Origin: Sphingobacteriaceae bacterium UBA2059
GTDB taxonomy: Bacteria; Bacteroidota; Bacteroidia; Sphingobacteriales; Sphingobacteriaceae
Length of the DNA stretch: 64,000 nucleotides
Direction of reading: 5' to 3'
NCBI GenBank assembly: GCA_002332615.1
Contig: DDAL01000031.1
Span: forward strand, 94,967-158,966
Both the position numbers and the translations under genes were made by a program. This document shows positions 57,938 through 64,000 of this stretch, piece by piece; within the stretch, counting starts at the first letter, position 1; every line of letters begins with the position of its first letter. The notes under the pieces are model-generated. The model had not been told where the DNA came from. It searched no databases and was given only the letters and a program-made list of their open reading frames with translations.

Positions 57938-58702
57938 ATGAGCATTACTGTTAAAGAAGAAGACGGATTCAGATACATTGAAGAAGGAGAGGGCGATGTA
58001 TTGTTGCTGCTTCACGGACTTTTTGGCGCCTTAAGTAACTGGACCGAAGTTACCGAAACCTATAAATCGAAGTACAGGGTTGTTATTCCCTTACTGCCTA
58101 TATATGAGTTGCCTATATTGACTACGGGTGTAACCACCCTTGCCCGTTATATTCTTAAATTTGTTCGTTATAAGAAGCTTTCTAATATAAATCTTATAGG
58201 TAATTCACTTGGCGGACATGTGGCATTGATTTTTACCTTAAGTAATCCGGAGTATGTAAAAACATTGGTTCTTACCGGCAGTTCTGGCTTGTATGAGAAC
58301 TCTTTTGGCGGTACTTTTCCGAGAAGAGAAAGTTATGATTTTATAAAGGAGAAAGTAGCTTTTACGTTTCATGATCCGGCTATGGCTACCAAAGAGCTTG
58401 TAGATGAGGTTTTTGAAACGGTAAACGACCGTAACAGGGTAATTCGTATCCTTGCCATGGCCAAGTCGGCAATAAGGCATAATATGGCCAAGGATCTGAG
58501 TAAAATTACCATACCGGTATGCCTGATATGGGGTAGGAATGATAATGTAACGCCTCCGCATGTGGCCGAGGAATTTCATCAGTTGTTACCCAATTCTGAG
58601 CTAAACTGGATTGATAATTGCGGACATGCACCTATGATGGAGCAGCCTAAAGAATTTATTAAATACCTGACAGTGTTCTTAGATAGAGTACTGCTCAAAT
58701 AG
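57938..58702 (+). CDS. Alpha/beta-fold hydrolase
   Basis: HG oxyanion motif LLLHGLFG, nucleophile elbow GNSLGG, and a C-terminal His (CGHAPM). Confidence 0.85.
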   Translation: MSITVKEEDGFRYIEEGEGDVLLLLHGLFGALSNWTEVTETYKSKYRVVIPLLPIYELPILTTGVTTLARYILKFVRYKKLSNINLIGNSLGGHVALIFTLSNPEYVKTLVLTGSSGLYENSFGGTFPRRESYDFIKEKVAFTFHDPAMATKELVDEVFETVNDRNRVIRILAMAKSAIRHNMAKDLSKITIPVCLIWGRNDNVTPPHVAEEFHQLLPNSELNWIDNCGHAPMMEQPKEFIKYLTVFLDRVLLK

Positions 58703-58704
58703 AT

Positions 58705-59367
58705 ATGATTGCAGGAGACATATTATCAGATACACCGATTGCTGTAAGCTTTTTTGACCCCGTTCAGAAAGTTTACGAAGTGATGGCCGATGCTGAACTT
58801 AATAGTTTGCCTGTGGTAGAAAACGAGCAGCTGCTCGGCACCGTTTTTAAAGATGACCTGGCGAACATTGCAGACAGGGCATTGCCCTTAAGGGAAGCCT
58901 CTGTGTCGCTGAGTCCTGTGTTTGCAGCTCAGGACTGCCATATACTTGATTTGTTTCGTTTGTTTTCAGAAAATCTTCAGGATATGATCCCCGTGGTGGA
59001 GAATGATATGAGGTATGTTGGGTATAATACACTTATCGACTGTGTGGGCAGCTTTTCGGATATGGCGTCTCTGCAAGAGCCGGGAGGTATTATTGTGCTT
59101 GAAACCAGCCAGAGAAACCATTCGCTTGCTCACATATCTCAAGTGGTTGAATCAAATAATGCGCAGATTTTGAGTTCCTATATTAGCTCGGGTATTGATA
59201 ATCTGAGTACGGAAATAACATTGAAAGTAAACCGAACCGAGATTTCGGATATTCTCGCCTCTTTCGGAAGGCATGAATATGTTGTGAAAGCCAGCTTTGG
59301 AAATAAAAAAGAAAGTGATTCCATAACCGACCGTTATGATCATCTGATGAATTACTTAAACCTATGA
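58705..59367 (+). CDS. CBS domain-containing protein
   Basis: 220 aa with two CBS-like repeats (LNSLPVVENEQLLGTV / IPVVENDMRYVGY). Its stop overlaps the nadK start by 4 nt. Confidence 0.75.
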   Translation: MIAGDILSDTPIAVSFFDPVQKVYEVMADAELNSLPVVENEQLLGTVFKDDLANIADRALPLREASVSLSPVFAAQDCHILDLFRLFSENLQDMIPVVENDMRYVGYNTLIDCVGSFSDMASLQEPGGIIVLETSQRNHSLAHISQVVESNNAQILSSYISSGIDNLSTEITLKVNRTEISDILASFGRHEYVVKASFGNKKESDSITDRYDHLMNYLNL

Positions 59368-60248
59368 AAATTGCTATTTACGGCAGGAAATTTAGCGACA
59401 AAACGACCATTCCCTATGTTCAGCAGGTTGTGGACTGTCTTGAAGCAGCAAATGTTCCGATTTGCATTTTCGATCATTTTTACAAGTTTATTTCAGGTTT
59501 TGTAAAGTTTACTAAGCAGCCTTCGCTGTTTAGTTCGTACGCTGATATTAAGAATGAAACGGAGGTAATGCTTAGCCTTGGCGGAGATGGTACAATGCTT
59601 GACACCGTTAGGCTCGTGCGAGATTCTAATATACCCGTTATAGGTATAAATTTGGGCAGACTGGGCTTTCTGGCCAGTATTAACAAAGACGATATTGACA
59701 GAGCCATAAGAGGCTTGCTCGAAAGAAACTATACGCTTGATTCAAGGACTTTAATAAAGGTAGAATCTGAAAGCAAGTTATTTGGCCAGGATAATTACGC
59801 ATTGAATGATGTGACCATGCACCGCAGGGACTACTCGGCCATGATGCATATACACGCTTATCTTAACGGTGACTTTTTGAACTCTTACTGGGCCGACGGT
59901 TTAATAATTGCTACTCCCACCGGTTCAACCGCCTACTCTTTAAGCTGTGGCGGACCCATACTGTTTCCGAGTTCTTCAAACTTTGTTATTACGCCGGTAT
60001 CTGCTCATAATTTAAATGTAAGGCCCATTGTTTTGTCGGACTCAAATGTGCTTTCCTTCGAGCTGGAGGGCCGGAATGCCAAGTATCTGCTTTCCTGCGA
60101 TTCGAGAACCGAACTGATAAACCACTCAACTAAAATAAGTATACGGAAGGCTGATTTTCAATTTAATATGATACGTCTGAATAATGAAAGTTACCTTAAA
60201 ACGTTGAGGAATAAGATGCTGTGGGGTATTGATACCAGGAACTACTAA
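59364..60248 (+). CDS. nadK: NAD kinase
   Basis: 294 aa with the GGDGT motif (SLGGDGTMLD) and the conserved ATPTGSTAYSLSCGGPI. Confidence 0.92.
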   Translation: MKIAIYGRKFSDKTTIPYVQQVVDCLEAANVPICIFDHFYKFISGFVKFTKQPSLFSSYADIKNETEVMLSLGGDGTMLDTVRLVRDSNIPVIGINLGRLGFLASINKDDIDRAIRGLLERNYTLDSRTLIKVESESKLFGQDNYALNDVTMHRRDYSAMMHIHAYLNGDFLNSYWADGLIIATPTGSTAYSLSCGGPILFPSSSNFVITPVSAHNLNVRPIVLSDSNVLSFELEGRNAKYLLSCDSRTELINHSTKISIRKADFQFNMIRLNNESYLKTLRNKMLWGIDTRNY

Positions 60249-60304
60249 TATACATTTTTTGTTACATTTGCCACCTGTGTACCCATAAACGGTATTAAAC
60301 TGAA

Positions 60305-61042
60305 ATGAGCTTACTGGATCAGATAGATAAAAGTAATTTACCAAAACATATTGCCATAATAATGGATGGTAACGGGAGGTGGGCGAAAGAGAAGGGAAAG
60401 TTGCGGTTATTTGGGCATCAAAGTGGCGTTCAGTCTGTAAAAGATGTTGTTGAAGGAGCTGTAGAAGCTGGGATATCGTATATAACCATGTACACCTTTT
60501 CTACCGAAAACTGGAACCGTCCGCGTATAGAGGTCACGGCGCTGATGGAGCTTTTGGTTTCGACTATACGAAAGGAAACTCTTACTTTACATAAAAATGG
60601 GGTAAGATTAAATGCAATTGGCGACATTAAACAGTTGCCTGCCCGCTGTTTGCAGGAACTGGAAGAAGCAATGAGGCTTACAGCAGAAAACGATAAATGT
60701 GTTTTAACGCTTGCATTGAGTTATAGCGCTCGATGGGAACTTACCGAGGCCGCACGCAGGATAGCTCAAGAGGTTAAAAACAATACTCTGGATATTAACG
60801 ATATTAATGAGGATACGCTGTCTAAACGCCTGTCAACAGCAGATCTGCCGGATCCGGAGCTGATGATCCGTACAAGCGGTGAGTACAGGATAAGTAACTA
60901 TTTGCTGTGGCAGCTTGCGTATGCAGAGTTCTATTTTACACCGACTTTATGGCCCGACTTCAGAAAAGAAAATTTATTTGAGGCTATACTAGACTATCAG
61001 AAGCGGGAAAGACGTTTTGGGAAGATAAGTGAACAGATTTAA
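60305..61042 (+). CDS. uppS: Isoprenyl transferase (undecaprenyl diphosphate synthase)
   Basis: HIAIIMDGNGRWA, FSTENWNRP, and the C-terminal RRFG. Confidence 0.95.
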   Translation: MSLLDQIDKSNLPKHIAIIMDGNGRWAKEKGKLRLFGHQSGVQSVKDVVEGAVEAGISYITMYTFSTENWNRPRIEVTALMELLVSTIRKETLTLHKNGVRLNAIGDIKQLPARCLQELEEAMRLTAENDKCVLTLALSYSARWELTEAARRIAQEVKNNTLDINDINEDTLSKRLSTADLPDPELMIRTSGEYRISNYLLWQLAYAEFYFTPTLWPDFRKENLFEAILDYQKRERRFGKISEQI

Positions 61043-61104
61043 AATTAAGTATTTAACAAAATTTAACAAACGATAGCCTTATTTTAGCATCGTTAATAAG
61101 ATCA

Positions 61105-63669
61105 ATGAACAGACTCTTTGTATTACTATTATTCTTTGCTGCTACTAATAGTGCCTTTGCCCAGATTGGGAGGCCACAGCAACAGGGCAAGCTACAATTA
61201 CGCTCACAGTCAGGTGATGATTTAAGTTATCTTAATCCGAAGGATTATGTAATTGCCAATACTACCGTGACCGGGGCAAAGTACCTGGATAAAAACATAC
61301 TTGTACAAATATCTAAGCTTACAAAAGGCGAAACGGTGAGTGTGCCCGGAGAAGCTACCGCCAATGCAGTGAAGTTTTTATGGGCGCAGGGATTGTTTGA
61401 TGATGTGCAGTTGTCTGCAGAAGTAAAAGGAGACTCGGTGTACTTTAATATTGCGGTTGTAGAACGCCCGCGGCTTACACGCATGCAGTTTAACGGCATA
61501 AGGAAAAGTGAAACAGATGACATAAAGGAAAAGCTTAAAGACAAGACCGGAAAGATTGTAAATGAAAGTTTAATGAGCACAAGCTCGGCCATTATTAAAA
61601 AATACTTCCACGAAAAGGGTTATTTGTTTACTGAGGTCAGTTACAAGCAATTGAAAGATACCTCTGAAGCCAATAACGTTATTCTGGTGGTTAACATAAA
61701 TAAGAACCGCAAGACCAAGGTTGACAAAATTACTTTTCAGGGAAATAAAGACTTTACAGCACGCCAGCTTAAAAAGTATTTTAAGAAAACTCATGAGCCT
61801 TCGGTTAACATTTTTAAAGGCACCAAATTTATTGCCGATAAGTATGATGAAGACAAGCGCTTGCTGATTGCCAAAATGCATGATAAGGGGTATAGGGACG
61901 CTGAGATTTTAATGGATTCGGTGATTAAGCGCCCGGACGAAAGAGTTGAGATCATGGTTAAACTGTATGAAGGGCCAAAATATTATTTCGGAAACATCAC
62001 CTGGTCTGGCAATGCAGTATATGAGACCAAGGTATTGAAGGAAATACTTGCAATTAAAAAAGGCGATGTGTTTAGTGAAGAAAAACTTCAAAAGCGTTTA
62101 AATGGAAACCCGAACGGAGAGGATGTTTCTTCTCTTTATATGAATAACGGTTACCTTACGTTCAATATAGACCCTGTGCAAACACGGGTACATAAAGATA
62201 CGATAGACCTTGACCTGCGTGTTTATGAAGGGCCTCAATATACCATTAATAAAGTTTCGGTTAAAGGGAACGATGTTACCAATGACAGGGTGGTTTTGCG
62301 TGAGATCCGTACCAAGCCAGGTCAGAAATTTTCTAAAGAACTGGTGGTTCGTACTACAAGAGAGCTTGCACAGCTTGGTAACTTCGACGAACAGAAGATG
62401 GAACCCAGACCTATTCCTAACCCGGCTGACGGCACAGTAGATATTGAATATCATGTTACTGAGAAGCCTTCTGATCAAATTGAACTTTCAGGTGGCTTCG
62501 GCGGCGGTCGTATTATTGGTACGCTTGGTTTGACCTTTAATAATTTTTCGGCTCGCAATCTTTTCAACTTAAAAGAGTGGAAACCGCTTCCAAAAGGCGA
62601 CGGTCAAAAACTCAGCTTAAGGGGCCAGACAAACGGGAAGTCATACCAGTCATACAGCTTTTCGTTTTCGGAGCCATGGCTCGGAGGAAAGAAGCCGCTG
62701 TACTTTGGTATCAGTGCATTTACCTCAATGCAGTCTAACGATGATTACCTGAAATACATGCGTAATGTCACCAATGATCAGAAATACCGCATCCGTATGA
62801 ACGGTATTACATTTAGTCTTGGACAAGCCTTGAAATGGCCGGATGATTATTTCCGCCTGAGTCACGCGGTTAATTTTCAGCAGTATAAGCTGACTAACTA
62901 TCCAGGCTTCTTGTTTAAGAACGGAACTTCGTATAATATTAATATTACCGAAGAGCTTAGCCGAAACTCTGTAGATGCGCCTATTTATCCAACTTCGGGT
63001 TCGCACATTCGCCTTACTATGCAGCTTACGCCCCCTTATTCCTTAATGAACAATGTAAATTATAATACTGCGGTTGATAAAGACAGGTATAAGCTTACAG
63101 AATACCATAAATGGAAATTTGAAGCTCAGTGGTATCAGCGTGTGGTAGGTAAGCTGGTATTGAAAACCCAAGCTCAGTTTGGATTTTTAGGTCAGTATAA
63201 TAACGCTATCGGACAGCCTGCATTTGAGCGCTTTAAGCTGGGTGGCGACGGTATGCAGGGATTCGACTTTCTACAGGGGACAGAAGTAATTGCAATGAGA
63301 GGTTACAGCAATAATGCTGTAATTCCTAAAGGCGTTAACCCCAATACGTTTAACGTAGCAACTGCTTCGGGAAGTCCAATCTTTAATAAATACGTAGTTG
63401 AGCTGAGATATCCGGTTATGACCCAGCAAACCGCCACTATCTTCTTGCTGGCTTTTGCCGAAGGTGGTAATACCTGGAACAGATTTAAAGACTTTTCACC
63501 GTTTAATGTTCGTCGTTCTGCGGGCGTGGGTGCACGTGTATTCCTTCCGATGTTTGGGTTACTTGGTATTGACTGGGGCAAGGCCTTCGATAAGATACCA
63601 GGCATTGAAAACGGCGGAAAGCAAGCATTTACATTTAGTATAGCACAGCAATTGGGCGGAGGATTTTAA
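61105..63669 (+). CDS. bamA: Outer membrane protein assembly factor BamA
   Basis: 854 aa with a signal peptide, repeated POTRA-like units, an Omp85 barrel, and a terminal GGGF. It sits in the conserved uppS-bamA-skp context. Confidence 0.95.
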   Translation: MNRLFVLLLFFAATNSAFAQIGRPQQQGKLQLRSQSGDDLSYLNPKDYVIANTTVTGAKYLDKNILVQISKLTKGETVSVPGEATANAVKFLWAQGLFDDVQLSAEVKGDSVYFNIAVVERPRLTRMQFNGIRKSETDDIKEKLKDKTGKIVNESLMSTSSAIIKKYFHEKGYLFTEVSYKQLKDTSEANNVILVVNINKNRKTKVDKITFQGNKDFTARQLKKYFKKTHEPSVNIFKGTKFIADKYDEDKRLLIAKMHDKGYRDAEILMDSVIKRPDERVEIMVKLYEGPKYYFGNITWSGNAVYETKVLKEILAIKKGDVFSEEKLQKRLNGNPNGEDVSSLYMNNGYLTFNIDPVQTRVHKDTIDLDLRVYEGPQYTINKVSVKGNDVTNDRVVLREIRTKPGQKFSKELVVRTTRELAQLGNFDEQKMEPRPIPNPADGTVDIEYHVTEKPSDQIELSGGFGGGRIIGTLGLTFNNFSARNLFNLKEWKPLPKGDGQKLSLRGQTNGKSYQSYSFSFSEPWLGGKKPLYFGISAFTSMQSNDDYLKYMRNVTNDQKYRIRMNGITFSLGQALKWPDDYFRLSHAVNFQQYKLTNYPGFLFKNGTSYNINITEELSRNSVDAPIYPTSGSHIRLTMQLTPPYSLMNNVNYNTAVDKDRYKLTEYHKWKFEAQWYQRVVGKLVLKTQAQFGFLGQYNNAIGQPAFERFKLGGDGMQGFDFLQGTEVIAMRGYSNNAVIPKGVNPNTFNVATASGSPIFNKYVVELRYPVMTQQTATIFLLAFAEGGNTWNRFKDFSPFNVRRSAGVGARVFLPMFGLLGIDWGKAFDKIPGIENGGKQAFTFSIAQQLGGGF

Positions 63670-63681
63670 TTATATTTGATT

Positions 63682-64000
63682 ATGAAGAAGTTAGTTTTAA
63701 TTGCATTATTGGCTGTTTTTTCAGTGTCTGCGTTTGCACAGAAAGTTGCTTATGTAGATAGTGAATCCATATTAAAACGTATTCCTGAATATGCGAGCGT
63801 TCAAAAGCAGCTGGATGCTCTGACCCGTCAATGGCAAAAAGAGGTTGACACACGATTAAGTGAAGTTGAGCGTTTATATAAGGAATATCAGGAAAATCAA
63901 GCTTCTATGAGTGCAAGCCTGAGGCGTAAAAAGGAAGAAGAAATTGTTGACCGGGAAAAAGCTGTAAAGGACTTTCAGCGTCAAAAATTTGGTTTTGAAG
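63682..64000 (+). CDS. skp: OmpH/Skp-family periplasmic chaperone, N-terminal part (runs off the right edge)
   Basis: My translation from ATG 63682 reads MKKLVLIALLAVFSVSAFAQKVAYVDSESILKRIPEYASVQKQLDALTRQWQKEV..., a typical OmpH protein downstream of bamA. Confidence 0.85.
   Translation, partial: MKKLVLIALLAVFSVSAFAQKVAYVDSESILKRIPEYASVQKQLDALTRQWQKEVDTRLSEVERLYKEYQENQASMSASLRRKKEEEIVDREKAVKDFQRQKFGFE

Noticed and set aside
63671-63678. TATATTTG promoter-like box before skp
   Set aside because: It ends only 3 nt before the ATG, so a transcript from it would begin at or within the start codon. skp is more likely co-transcribed with bamA.
1-64000. Mobile elements, prophage, defence islands, toxin-antitoxin pairs or biosynthetic gene clusters
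   Set aside because: I found no transposase, integrase, recombinase, reverse transcriptase, nuclease/helicase defence signature, phage structural gene or NRPS/PKS-type ORF on either strand. The gene content is overwhelmingly core housekeeping.

Overview
This looks like a 64-kb chromosomal segment from a Bacteroidota genome, probably Sphingobacteriia-like. That placement is an inference from two SusC/SusD pairs, a T9SS C-terminal sorting domain, a long-form IspG, the gene order CBS-nadK-uppS-bamA-skp, and TAnnTTTG-type promoter boxes.

I support about 55 protein-coding genes, and most are housekeeping:
- Information processing and quality control: pnp (partial), rpsO, topA, mnmA, ettA, clpC, parC, engB.
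- Metabolism and cofactors: ispG, a split transketolase, bcp, a UbiA-family prenyltransferase, ubiE/menG, nadK, uppS.
- Envelope and transport: kup, an amino-acid permease, an M3 oligoendopeptidase, bamA, skp (partial).
- Accessory-type modules: a MarR-TolC-HlyD-ABC-2 permease efflux operon, MlaE/MlaF, a PspC/LiaF-like pair, a ROK regulator next to one SusC/SusD pair, and a second orphan SusC/SusD pair.

I saw no rRNA, tRNA, CRISPR array, transposase, integrase or recognisable defence gene, and I could not identify a convincing multi-gene novel system.

The least-explained parts of the window are:
1. A visibly GC-rich, hairpin-dense spacer of about 340 bp between engB and a DUF6580-like gene (54445-54790). 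It may be a structured RNA or a decayed gene.
2. A phased 31-32 bp direct-repeat array built around a palindrome, plus a composite hairpin, in the 528-bp mnmA-topA spacer.
3. An efflux operon with an ABC-2 permease but no ATPase.
4. A Kbp/YgaU-like BON protein carrying an SH3b domain where Kbp has LysM.
5. A stand-alone PspC plus LiaF-like pair.
6. A SusC/SusD pair that looks compositionally distinct and has no enzymes or regulator.

Every functional call rests on motifs I read in the supplied translations plus general family knowledge. No database search was run.
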